A DNA stretch of 64,000 nt from an uncultured Gammaproteobacteria bacterium (GTDB lineage Bacteria > Patescibacteriota > Microgenomatia > 0-14-0-10-38-17). Shown piece after piece: positions 46,797 to 56,109 of the stretch. The translations under genes and the position numbers were made by a program. Below the pieces are notes generated by a model. It made no database searches, was not told the DNA's origin, and saw only the letters and a list, made by a program, of their open reading frames with translations. The stretch spans positions 312,002-376,001 of the forward strand of contig CAYGEH010000001.1 of assembly GCA_964348895.1 (NCBI GenBank). The letters are read 5' to 3'. Numbering within the stretch: position 1 is the stretch's first letter; the number at the start of each line of letters is the position of its first letter.

Positions 46797-48488
46797 TTAT
46801 TTTTTCTCAATATTAAAAAGAGGAGAGCGAATAGCAACAAAACCCGGGGCTCGTAAATTAAAGGCTTCTAGAAACTCTGATCCTGGCACAGAAACTTCAC
46901 CTCTGTTGGTTTGAAAAATTACCAAGCTGGTTTGACCATCGTTTCCATAGCGAACCGAAACAGACGAAACATTGGTATAAGCTCCGCCACTATCGTTGGC
47001 TCGAGTCCTCATTTCTTCTAAAGAATAGGGATTTCCAGTTATATTGTTAATGGGGCATTGATTGATTGTCACTGGCAAAATGCGAGAGTCGTCTCGATGA
47101 CTTCTCAACACTAGCCAGGCATTGAGAATGTCGGCCATTTCAGTTTCAGACAACCAAGGGTGAGTTCGACCACAAGTGCCAGTAGCGACATTAAAACCTC
47201 TGGTATACCAAGAGCTATAAAACCAAGGCGAACCGGCAATGCTTTCCCAAGCTCGACTAGCAAAACCCTCGCCCCCTTGTCCATCACGAGTATCCCAACC
47301 AGAAGTAGTTAAAAAGCCTCCAGCAGTAGAAGAATAGTAGGTAACGACATCTTCAATTATTTGACCCCTGGTATCTTCAACTGCTTTTCGCCAAGCTGCG
47401 GGTGGATTATTGGCTTTGCTTCTAGAAAAAACCTGACAAGCTTGGGTCACACAAATCGCCCGACCACTTTGTTTAAATCGATAAGCATAAGTTCTGGCGG
47501 CAATGGCTTGGGCCCTTAGAGCCTCTTCTCGCCAAGAAGCTGGCATTTCGGCAATTCCCAGCAAATAATCTTCTTCAAAATTAAGTGAACCGTGCCCTTG
47601 AACAAGAATGTTACCACTGGTGTCTCTTTCTACTGGCTCTTTGCCATAATAGGCTTTTAAGATTTCCCGATAACTTTGACCAGCCTCAGCTCTCCCTTTG
47701 GCTCCATACTGACTCATTCCTCTTCGATGAGTCCAGGCTCCAAAAGAAAAAGCGGCAAACCAAGTTCCCCCGCCCGGATCACAAAATGAAGGACTTCCCG
47801 GTGGACCAGAGCAAGGAATGTTAGACACTGGCACCTCTCCCACTGCCGAAGCAAAACTCCCTGATCGGGCGGCCAGCAACTCTTTTTGACGAGCTGACAG
47901 CTGAGCCCTATACCGCTCGGCGGTTCTAATTTCTCCCTCTAAAAACTCTTTTCTCTTGGCAAAAGCGACCTTAACTGTCGCCAATTCTTGCCGAACTCTT
48001 TCTAGCGCCTTTTTGTCTTGTTTCAGTTGAACCAGTTTTTCTGCTAAAACAATTAAATCCTCTCGGTCTTTTCTGGCAGCAACTCGAGAAAAAGAAACTC
48101 CTCGCGCCAAATCAGCCGCCTCACTATCACCAGCAAAAATAGTTAATAGGGGAGAAGCAGAAGACCGCTGTTTAAGATACTGGCTTCTTACTCTTTGCTC
48201 AAACATCGCTCGTTGATAAACTAAGTCTTCGGTTCGTTCATCAATTTCTCCACTCAACTGGCGAACCCTTTGTTCGATGCTAATAATTCTGTTTTGAGCA
48301 TTGACAATTTTACTGGTAAGATCAGCTGATTCGTTTTTTAAGGGACCAATGGCGGCGGTAATGTTAGCCAACTCTTTCTCAATTTCTTCTAGGCTCATCT
48401 CGCTAATTGACCTAGAGAAAACCAGAGAATCACTTAAAAGCACGAAAAACAACAAAAAGAACAACAAACCAACTAAAAATTTTTTCAT
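46797..48488 (-). CDS. SpoIID/LytB-domain protein with N-terminal signal peptide and coiled-coil
   Basis: GMSQYGAKGRAEAGQSYREILKAYY = SpoIID signature; N-terminal signal peptide and ~200 aa coiled coil. Confidence 0.75.
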   Translation of the reverse strand: MKKFLVGLLFFLLFFVLLSDSLVFSRSISEMSLEEIEKELANITAAIGPLKNESADLTSKIVNAQNRIISIEQRVRQLSGEIDERTEDLVYQRAMFEQRVRSQYLKQRSSASPLLTIFAGDSEAADLARGVSFSRVAARKDREDLIVLAEKLVQLKQDKKALERVRQELATVKVAFAKRKEFLEGEIRTAERYRAQLSARQKELLAARSGSFASAVGEVPVSNIPCSGPPGSPSFCDPGGGTWFAAFSFGAWTHRRGMSQYGAKGRAEAGQSYREILKAYYGKEPVERDTSGNILVQGHGSLNFEEDYLLGIAEMPASWREEALRAQAIAARTYAYRFKQSGRAICVTQACQVFSRSKANNPPAAWRKAVEDTRGQIIEDVVTYYSSTAGGFLTTSGWDTRDGQGGEGFASRAWESIAGSPWFYSSWYTRGFNVATGTCGRTHPWLSETEMADILNAWLVLRSHRDDSRILPVTINQCPINNITGNPYSLEEMRTRANDSGGAYTNVSSVSVRYGNDGQTSLVIFQTNRGEVSVPGSEFLEAFNLRAPGFVAIRSPLFNIEKK

Positions 48489-48786
48489 TGTTTATTGTTT
48501 CTGGAATAGGTAAACCATTATTTTACTTTTGGCAAACAAAGCAGATATGTCTTGAGGTGGCGAATTGTCCTTTCTTTAAGATAAGATTAAATAGTTAGTT
48601 CAAATATCATAATATCAAATTTGGCTTTTTTTTGCTATGATTAACTATCTCAAGTTTTAAAAACAAAAGATGTTGCTAGTCTCAAGGTTGTTTTTTTGTT
48701 TTAGTTGTGTTTTTCTTTTTTTCTTTTGGCGAAACCAACCTTGTTAATTATTAATAGATTAAACAGAAATCAAAAAAGAGACCTTC

Positions 48787-49974
48787 TTGATTTCTGTTTT
48801 CTGCTGGGATAAACTAAAAAAAATGTTCTCAAGAAAAAAAAGACTGCTTTTGTTAAACTTTTTAGCTTTTGCTTTTTTCTTTCTCCTCGTCTTTTTTGGC
48901 CCATCACAGGTTTCCGCTCAAGTCTGTGAAAACTGGAGAGTTAACGGTCTTTCTGACGGAAGAATCGTTACTGAAAACAACAATCCTGTCTTGACCTTCA
49001 CCTTCGATGTAGCGAACCTCAAGGAAGGCGATCGCTTCACTATTTGCACTGACCTTTGCATAAGGGAACGTTTTGACTTTGTTCTTCAAAATCAAACATT
49101 GAAAGAGGGAGCAAACACAATTGTAATTGACGATTCAATACAAGCCACATTCGGCAACAATAGGGGCAGGGGTCGCTTAAAAATAAGAAATGTTATGAGA
49201 AATGAAGATGTCGATGTTTGTTATTTTGACTTCGAGGTTGTGGTTAAAAACGAATTTTCTCTATGCTCTTTGAGGGTCTCTAGTTCCATATATGAGGGAC
49301 GCAGTTTCACCCCCAACACTGAAATTTTTATTGAAGGGAGCAACATTCCTCCTCCTACTAGGCACTCCTCTTACTTTATAAAACTTAAAGGTAGTCCTCT
49401 TGTTGGTCGGGAGAACGTCATTGAAGATTATTCCATTACATTCTTGGAAGGAAACTCTGGTCAGCTTAACAAAACTTCTCTGGGTCGACTTGATGAAGGA
49501 GTCTACCAAGTTTTTCTGTATGAGCATAACGTTTCGGGTGAATATCAAGTGGCTTGCCCTCCCGCATCCTTTCGAGTTAGTTATGGTGGCGGAACCCCAG
49601 GCGAAGGTTTTCAGTCTCCAGCTGCAGCAAGAATTTGCGATAACATTGAGCCGGTTTCTAGACAAAACGCTTGCCTTCTTTGTTTTTTCGACAATAAGGG
49701 AATCTGGACGGCTCTAGGCTGTTTGCCGACTGATCCGTTGGGTTTAGTTAAGGCTTTTTTTCCTTATCTTCTAGGATTAGGGGGGTTGTCGGCTTTTCTT
49801 TTGATTGTTTTTTCAGGCATAAAAATTTTAACTTCAGCTGGTAATCCTGAAGCCATTCAGGGGGCAAAAGAAACCATCACTTCGGCTGTTACTGGACTAC
49901 TTTTTGTCATCTTGTCTTTATTCCTTTTAAGATTAATTGGGGTTGAGATTTTGGGATTACCAGGATTAAATTAA
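48787..49974 (+). CDS. secreted protein with C-terminal VirB2/TrbC-like pilin domain (N-terminal extracellular domain fused to pilin module)
   Basis: Signal peptide; C-terminal ...SAGNPEAIQGAKETITSAVTGLLFVILSLFLL matches the conserved motif of the seven downstream small pilin-like proteins. Confidence 0.6.
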   Translation: MISVFCWDKLKKMFSRKKRLLLLNFLAFAFFFLLVFFGPSQVSAQVCENWRVNGLSDGRIVTENNNPVLTFTFDVANLKEGDRFTICTDLCIRERFDFVLQNQTLKEGANTIVIDDSIQATFGNNRGRGRLKIRNVMRNEDVDVCYFDFEVVVKNEFSLCSLRVSSSIYEGRSFTPNTEIFIEGSNIPPPTRHSSYFIKLKGSPLVGRENVIEDYSITFLEGNSGQLNKTSLGRLDEGVYQVFLYEHNVSGEYQVACPPASFRVSYGGGTPGEGFQSPAAARICDNIEPVSRQNACLLCFFDNKGIWTALGCLPTDPLGLVKAFFPYLLGLGGLSAFLLIVFSGIKILTSAGNPEAIQGAKETITSAVTGLLFVILSLFLLRLIGVEILGLPGLN

Positions 49975-50000
49975 AATAGATATAATATCAATCAGCAGAA

Positions 50001-50354
50001 ATGACAGAAAAAAATCTTCTCTTTGCCCAAATTACAATACCAGAATATTCCGATATTAATTTAACGCCGGCTCCAGGGGCATCTGGTCAGCCAAATATTG
50101 TTCACTGGACCAATATTAGTTCAATCGTTAATCAAGCTCTTGCTTATATTTTCCCCCTTGCTGGTATTTTAGTTTTTATTTATCTTCTTTACGGCGGAAT
50201 AAGCTTAATGTTGGCTATGGGGAATGAGGAGGGAATCATAGAGGGTAAGGCAAAAATCACTAACGCCATAATTGGCTTCTTAATTATTTTTGTCGCTTAT
50301 TGGTTGGTTCAGGCCCTAGAATTAATTTTGGGAGTTACTTTACTTGGTTGGTAG
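50001..50354 (+). CDS. VirB2/TrbC-like T4SS pilin paralog 1
   Basis: two TM helices flanking GGISLMLAMGNEEGIIEGKAKITNAIIGFLIIF conserved loop. Confidence 0.65.
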   Translation: MTEKNLLFAQITIPEYSDINLTPAPGASGQPNIVHWTNISSIVNQALAYIFPLAGILVFIYLLYGGISLMLAMGNEEGIIEGKAKITNAIIGFLIIFVAYWLVQALELILGVTLLGW

Positions 50355-50394
50355 AAATTGTCAAATAAAGAGGGAAATGTTAAACTTCAATTAA

Positions 50395-50727
50395 ATGAAC
50401 TACGCTTTGTTGTCGGTTAGCCTCGGTGATGTTTTTAGAATAGGACCAGGAAGGGGTATCGACGAGGCTTATCAATTCAGCTCAATTGGTGAGCTTATTT
50501 CTACCATTTTACCCAGCATTTATCTCTTGGCCGGCTTAATTCTTCTTTTTTTCTTGATTTTTGGTGGCTTGTCTGTTATCTTGGGAGCAGGTAAAGGAAG
50601 CCAAGAACAGGTAGAAAAGGGTAAAAAAACTCTAACTGGGACTTTGCTAGGATTTTTGGTAGTTTTTGCCAGTTACTGGATTGTTCAAATTTTAGAAATT
50701 ATTACTGGCATAGAAATTTTTAAATAA
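50395..50727 (+). CDS. VirB2/TrbC-like T4SS pilin paralog 2
   Basis: GGLSVILGAGKGSQEQVEKGKKTLTGTLLGFLVVF. Confidence 0.65.
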   Translation: MNYALLSVSLGDVFRIGPGRGIDEAYQFSSIGELISTILPSIYLLAGLILLFFLIFGGLSVILGAGKGSQEQVEKGKKTLTGTLLGFLVVFASYWIVQILEIITGIEIFK

Positions 50728-50756
50728 TTTTTAAGTTTATTCTAAATTAAAAGGTT

Positions 50757-51113
50757 ATGAATCTTTGGCAAGTCATTGGCAGAATTGAACCGCCTGAACC
50801 TTTTGGGTCTAATGGAGGCATAGCCGACGGAGGCTTAAGTAGATTTTTAAATAATATTTTTGTCCTTTTAACTGTTGGGGCGGGCATTTTTGCTCTTTTT
50901 AACTTTATCCGAGCTGGTTACACTTATATGGGCGCCAAGAATGAAAAAGAAAAGATCGCAGACGCTAGCGCAATGATTGTTAATAGTATTATTGGACTTT
51001 TTATTATTGCTTCCGCTTTTGTTGTTGCCGCCTTGGTTGGTCAAATTTTTTTTGGCGATTGGGAGTTTATTATTAACCCTAGGATCGTCGGTCCAAGACC
51101 AAGTGCAGGATAA
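50757..51113 (+). CDS. VirB2/TrbC-like T4SS pilin paralog 3
   Basis: YTYMGAKNEKEKIADASAMIVNSIIGLFIIAS. Confidence 0.6.
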   Translation: MNLWQVIGRIEPPEPFGSNGGIADGGLSRFLNNIFVLLTVGAGIFALFNFIRAGYTYMGAKNEKEKIADASAMIVNSIIGLFIIASAFVVAALVGQIFFGDWEFIINPRIVGPRPSAG

Positions 51114-51131
51114 ATATTTTTATTAAAAAAT

Positions 51132-51500
51132 ATGTTTAAAATTCTCCAAATTACTTCTTCTGTAAGAGAGGATACCCCCCTGGGGCCATTGGTTGGACCT
51201 GGAATTGTTCCAGAAGAAAATGTTGGGCAACAAATTGCCAGCATTATTTCCACCATTATTGGCATCTTCACGGTCTTGGCGATTATTTGGTTTATTATTG
51301 AGTTTGTCATTGCTGGCTATCTTATGGTTAGCTCCGCTGGTGATCAAGAAAAAACCGCCGAAGCTAAAAAAAGATTGACCCAGTCTCTCTTTGGCTTGAT
51401 TATTGTTATCAGTGCCATTTTCTTTATTAGCCTTGTCTCCTTCATTGCCGGAATTGATTTTCTAAACATTGCTGAATATATTAATAGGTTAACTTTCTAG
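51132..51500 (+). CDS. VirB2/TrbC-like T4SS pilin paralog 4
   Basis: AGYLMVSSAGDQEKTAEAKKRLTQSLFGLIIVIS. Confidence 0.65.
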   Translation: MFKILQITSSVREDTPLGPLVGPGIVPEENVGQQIASIISTIIGIFTVLAIIWFIIEFVIAGYLMVSSAGDQEKTAEAKKRLTQSLFGLIIVISAIFFISLVSFIAGIDFLNIAEYINRLTF

Positions 51501-51529
51501 AAGTTAAAGAAAAAAACACTAAACCTTAA

Positions 51530-51880
51530 ATGATTCAACTGGGCTTAATTATCAACCAAATTGTTAATCCGCTTTTACCATATCAGCCGACTATGGAACA
51601 AGCTCCAGCTCTCCTTGGCCAAACCCTGAGTAATGCTTTGGCTTTGCTTTTAATTGTTGTTGGATTAGCCTTTTTCTTTATGTTTGTGGTCGGGGGAATA
51701 AAGTGGATCTCTTCGGCTGGAGATAAAGAAAAAGTTGGGGGTGCCAAAAAGCAAATCTCTTCGGCTGTTATTGGCTTGATCTTAGTTTTGTTGGTTTTTG
51801 CCGTTGTTGGTTTAATCAACACTCTTTTCGGCGTTAATTTAGTTAATTTTTCCATTCCAAGGCTTCTACCTCAACAGTAG
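51530..51880 (+). CDS. VirB2/TrbC-like T4SS pilin paralog 5
   Basis: GGIKWISSAGDKEKVGGAKKQISSAVIGLILVLLVF. Confidence 0.65.
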   Translation: MIQLGLIINQIVNPLLPYQPTMEQAPALLGQTLSNALALLLIVVGLAFFFMFVVGGIKWISSAGDKEKVGGAKKQISSAVIGLILVLLVFAVVGLINTLFGVNLVNFSIPRLLPQQ

Positions 51881-52015
51881 TCAAGTCCAGGAATTCCAAG
51901 AGAAAGGAATCCAATTCATGAGATCCGATAATTTAAAAGTCAACAAAAGCAATGTTTTATTTATGATAAAATAACTTTTTAAAAAGAAACCTAAAGAAAA
52001 GGCGGTGAAAGAAAA

Positions 52016-52405
52016 TTGAAAAACATTTTTGATAAATTTAATAGTTTAGCGCTGTGGGGGGTCGTTTATGCCACTTCTAATACTACAAGCAGGGTCGTTA
52101 TTGACCCTCCAGCAAATGCTACAACCCTAGAAAGAATTACCATTCAAGCCTTAATATCGGGATTAATTTCTCTCGTTTTTATTGTTGCTTCGTTGGTTTT
52201 TTTCTTTATGCTGGTGACTGGAGGCATTAAATGGATGATGGCAGGTGGAGATAAAGAAAAGGTTGGAGGTGCCCGAAGCCAATTAACTTCAGCCCTAATC
52301 GGATTAATTGTTATCTTTTTGTCTTGGGCAATCTCTCAGTTATTGAGAACTTTGTTTGGGGTTGACATTCTTGGCGAGTTCACTATCCCTGCGTTTTTTA
52401 ACTAA
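52016..52405 (+). CDS. VirB2/TrbC-like T4SS pilin paralog 6
   Basis: GGIKWMMAGGDKEKVGGARSQLTSALIGLIVIFLSW. Confidence 0.65.
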   Translation: MKNIFDKFNSLALWGVVYATSNTTSRVVIDPPANATTLERITIQALISGLISLVFIVASLVFFFMLVTGGIKWMMAGGDKEKVGGARSQLTSALIGLIVIFLSWAISQLLRTLFGVDILGEFTIPAFFN

Positions 52406-52414
52406 ACAAACGAC

Positions 52415-52771
52415 ATGAGCGTTCTTAGTCTGCTAGTCGGAATTGGTGTTTTGGCCCAAGAAGGCAGATGGAGTGAAAACCCTGAATATGTGGTGAATGA
52501 TGTGGCCACAATTCAAGCTCTAGAGGCAATCATTGCCAGTATTTTGGGCATTATTGTTCCCCTTGTAGGGGTCGTTCTTTTGGTGATGTTAATCCTTGGC
52601 GGATTTAAATATATCACCTCGGGCGGAGAGGTAGAACAGGCCAATCAAGCCAAAAAGACTTTAACTTCCGCTATTTTTGGCTTGATGGTGGTCTTGGGGG
52701 CTTGGCTGATCATTCGTTTACTAGAAGAGTTTACTGGTCTTAATTTAAGCACTTTTGTTATTCCACGCTAA
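52415..52771 (+). CDS. VirB2/TrbC-like T4SS pilin paralog 7
   Basis: GGFKYITSGGEVEQANQAKKTLTSAIFGLMVVLGAW. Confidence 0.65.
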   Translation: MSVLSLLVGIGVLAQEGRWSENPEYVVNDVATIQALEAIIASILGIIVPLVGVVLLVMLILGGFKYITSGGEVEQANQAKKTLTSAIFGLMVVLGAWLIIRLLEEFTGLNLSTFVIPR

Positions 52772-52888
52772 ATGCGCTCAAATTGTTATTTTAATTTTGA
52801 CAAATAAAGCAGATGCACTTTTTGCCACCAAAATGGCTAAGCTGACAAAACTAGACTTGGCCTGTTTCCTTGTTTTAAGAAACTATTT

Positions 52889-54514
52889 TTGTTAAATTTA
52901 ATTAAGACGATTTTTTTAAGACTTTATCTTTATAAGATGAAAAATAAATCTTACAAAAATAGGTTTTTTTTCATTCTATTAAGGTTATTAGTGTTTCTTT
53001 TGTTCTTTTTTTCTCTCTCTTCGTCTGTTTCTGCCCTTCAATCTTCACTTGCTCCAGAAATTATTATTCCTCGACCAGGAGTTGCCACTACTAACTTTGA
53101 AATTGAATTTAAGACCCAAACAAAAACAACACTCTCTAGTCCTGTGTGTTCTCATAACAATAGCCCTTCTGATAATCAAGAAGGCCCTCTTTATGAAGAG
53201 GGCGATTTGAGAGGAGAGCTTTTCTGGCTGAAGCATAATTACCCCGATCTTTCAGTTATGGGTAGAATTATGGCTGGAGCTTCCGAGAAGCTATTGCCCC
53301 GAATTTTGGGAGAAACTCTGGAAATTAGGGGGGGAAATGACTTGTCTGGACAAGCCAAGCATCATGTTTTTGGTCGTTATCAAAAAATCGTTCTAAATAG
53401 CAACGGTGAAGAAGTCGTCGTTGACGTTGAGGATTCCAATCCTTTGGCAACCCCAACAGAAAGAGTTTTTGTTCCTTCGGAATGGTCACAAATAATTGGT
53501 CAGGGCAAAATTTTGGGGGGTCTATTTGGCACCACCGAGGCCCCTAATAGCGTTATTATTGAAATTGTCAATCCCACCAACACCAACGCTCCGCCACGAA
53601 AAGTTAATCACGTTCCCACCAATATCAGAAAAGAGGCTTCTCAGGCTAACAGTGTCATTGAAAATAAGAACTTTGAAACTAAAACCTTGTTGCAAACCCT
53701 TATTCGAACCACTGTTTCTATCGTTCGAAGATTAATTGAAGATGCTTTAGCTTGGATTAGACAAGAGGATACGGAGAAAAATCTTTTGGCTCAAGATAAA
53801 TTAGGAGGACTAACTTTGGTCAACAAAACTAGGGCCACTGTTCCGGGGTTAGAAACAATCAACCAGCAAGCAGAGTTATTTTCTGTTTTTCTGCCTGCCA
53901 ATTTAGTTAAAAATCAAGAAGGAAAAATAAGTGCCCCTCTTGCGGTTGAAGCTCAATATCAGGTTTCAGAAAACTATTCTCTTCGAGAAGGCTCTGAAGA
54001 AACTGTTTTTCAAAACTTAGGAAGAACCGTCAGAAACTACTGCTTGGCTCTTTGTTCCCAATATCCGGCCGGATATCCAATTAACAGAATTGACCCCCTG
54101 TGTGTTTCCTGTAATCCAAAGGACTACGAGCTAACTGGTTATGGAGACATCGCCCTAAACAAACATCTGTGTAATCTCGAAGGTGGACTCTGCCATTATT
54201 ATATCAGCCCGTTTAGCTTGGCTGATCAGGGTTGTGGCCCCAATCAAGACCCAAAGTGCACAGGAAATCGCTGTAATCCCTATGAGATTGGTCCTGACGG
54301 TGATTATCGTGAAGCTGGTTGTTCCATGCCTCATGGCACTTGCTACGACAGCTCTGTTTGTTATGCTATGACTTTTGCCCCTAACCCTGCTGGGGGCTTT
54401 GGTGAATGCCAATACGCCAATCCTAGTGTTTGTGTTCGAGCCGATCGAGTTCAAGTTGGAGAATGTGCTGCTGTTTGTTATTGGGGTTGCTGCGCTGAAC
54501 AAGGAAGAAGATAA
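52889..54514 (+). CDS. secreted protein with extremely Cys-rich C-terminal domain
   Basis: Signal peptide (start possibly internal Met at 52937); about 30 Cys in the last ~160 residues; no family recognised. Confidence 0.5.
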   Translation: MLNLIKTIFLRLYLYKMKNKSYKNRFFFILLRLLVFLLFFFSLSSSVSALQSSLAPEIIIPRPGVATTNFEIEFKTQTKTTLSSPVCSHNNSPSDNQEGPLYEEGDLRGELFWLKHNYPDLSVMGRIMAGASEKLLPRILGETLEIRGGNDLSGQAKHHVFGRYQKIVLNSNGEEVVVDVEDSNPLATPTERVFVPSEWSQIIGQGKILGGLFGTTEAPNSVIIEIVNPTNTNAPPRKVNHVPTNIRKEASQANSVIENKNFETKTLLQTLIRTTVSIVRRLIEDALAWIRQEDTEKNLLAQDKLGGLTLVNKTRATVPGLETINQQAELFSVFLPANLVKNQEGKISAPLAVEAQYQVSENYSLREGSEETVFQNLGRTVRNYCLALCSQYPAGYPINRIDPLCVSCNPKDYELTGYGDIALNKHLCNLEGGLCHYYISPFSLADQGCGPNQDPKCTGNRCNPYEIGPDGDYREAGCSMPHGTCYDSSVCYAMTFAPNPAGGFGECQYANPSVCVRADRVQVGECAAVCYWGCCAEQGRR

Positions 54515-54557
54515 AAGTTATAACTGAATGTTTTTTGTGATATATTAAACATAAGAT

Positions 54558-56021
54558 ATGTTTGTCAAAAAAGGTTTAATGCTTCTTCTTTATTCTTGTG
54601 TTTTTCTGCCTATTTTTTTGATTCTTGTCCCAAAAGCTTGGGCTCAAACCCAAAACGAGCTAGTAACTTTTGAACAAGATGTTTTCGACACTGATGATTC
54701 TCATAACCAGCCAAAACACGCCCATGGAAATATCGGAAACATTTCTGGGTCGCTAGTAAATAGAATTATGGGGTGTGTTACTGAGGCTTGTCAGAGAAAA
54801 CAAGACGAGGCTTCTGGTGGTGCTGTTGGCAGCATTAATGATCTTATTGTCGTTTTATATTCCACTCCTCCTGCCTCTTCTGCCTATTATCTTGCTGACC
54901 TAGGTCAACGATTAAACATTGTTCAACCCGCTTATGCTCAAGGTATTGGTTTTTCTGGCCTGCAACCTCTTCTTCCTCTCTGGCGGGCTGTTCGCAATAT
55001 CGCCTATATCTTTTTTATTTTTGTTTTTATTTTTATTGGCTTTGCAATAATGTTTCGAGCCAAAATTAACCCTCAAGTGGTAGTTACCCTTCAATCTGCT
55101 ATTCCCAAAGCAACGGTCGCTCTTATTCTTGTTACTTTTTCATATGCGATTGCTGGTCTAATGATTGACCTTATGTATCTTATTACTGGTTTATCTCTTT
55201 ATGTTCTGAGCAATGTTGCTGGAGCTCATCTTTTTCGCGATATTCCTGCTTACTTCACTGCCAGCTTTGGAGACCTGTTTCACGATGTTTGGAGTCCTAT
55301 GTACGGAAACATTCGAGAGGTGCTTGGAGGGCTTTTGCCTTGGACAGGAGGCACGCTTGCGGTATCAGTCGTTGCTGGTTTTATGCCAGCCATCCTTATG
55401 GGCGCCGGAGGTTGGCTTCTTGCTCTCGCTACAGCCGGGCCAGCTCTCGTTTTTATTCTTCTGGCGGCACTTGTTTTTCTTTTTATTGTCATTAAAATCT
55501 TTTTTGCTGTCGTTAAAGCCTATTTTGGTGTTATTATTAGTGTTCTTATTGGTCCTCTTCAGCTAATGCTCTCTGCTGTTCCTGGTCAAAATACCTTTGG
55601 TGCTTGGATGAAAGGTCTTCTGTCTAACCTTCTTGTTTTCCCCACGGTAACGATTATGCTTGTTTTAGCTAATTTTTTGGCACAAACCACCGAAAACTTA
55701 TGGGTTCCTCCAATGCTGGGCGCTTTTGGTGCAAGCACTGGAGAAGTTGCAGGCTCCATAATAGGGCTCTGTTTTGTTTTTGCGACCCCAAAAGCAGCTG
55801 ATATAATAAAAAGCATGTTTGATCGTAAACCTTTTAACTATGGAGGGGCTGTGGGTGAGGCAATGACCCCAATTTCCTCTGGAATGAAGACTTATGGAGT
55901 TTATCGAGGAGCTACGATGGCTAGACACCTTAAAAGAATTGGTCGAGCAGGAACACCACAGGCTGATTGGAAGGCTACAGCTGGAGCAGTGTTAGAAAGG
56001 GGATTAGGGGTAAAACAATAA
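54558..56021 (+). CDS. VirB6/TrbL-like polytopic membrane protein of the T4SS-like cluster
   Basis: Signal peptide + ~130-aa periplasmic region followed by ≥6 TM helices, position between pilins and VirB4. Confidence 0.5.
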   Translation: MFVKKGLMLLLYSCVFLPIFLILVPKAWAQTQNELVTFEQDVFDTDDSHNQPKHAHGNIGNISGSLVNRIMGCVTEACQRKQDEASGGAVGSINDLIVVLYSTPPASSAYYLADLGQRLNIVQPAYAQGIGFSGLQPLLPLWRAVRNIAYIFFIFVFIFIGFAIMFRAKINPQVVVTLQSAIPKATVALILVTFSYAIAGLMIDLMYLITGLSLYVLSNVAGAHLFRDIPAYFTASFGDLFHDVWSPMYGNIREVLGGLLPWTGGTLAVSVVAGFMPAILMGAGGWLLALATAGPALVFILLAALVFLFIVIKIFFAVVKAYFGVIISVLIGPLQLMLSAVPGQNTFGAWMKGLLSNLLVFPTVTIMLVLANFLAQTTENLWVPPMLGAFGASTGEVAGSIIGLCFVFATPKAADIIKSMFDRKPFNYGGAVGEAMTPISSGMKTYGVYRGATMARHLKRIGRAGTPQADWKATAGAVLERGLGVKQ

Positions 56022-56109
56022 ACAAGGAAAGCAATAAAGATTAAAAAGATACTCTTTCTTCTAATCTGGACAGCTCTTAGGGTTAGTTTTGTGCGATAAA
56101 TTGGCTATT

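Noticed and set aside
51041-51378. ORFs 51041-51310(-), 51123-51347(-), 51193-51378(+), 51583-51855(-)
   Set aside because: They are antisense or out of frame within the pilin paralogs. The pilin frames show the conserved two-TM architecture.
55213-55928. ORFs 55213-55566(+), 55280-55492(-), 55289-55495(+), 55586-55928(-)
   Set aside because: They are alternative frames inside the VirB6-like membrane protein gene, and their composition is driven by the hydrophobic codons of the real frame.
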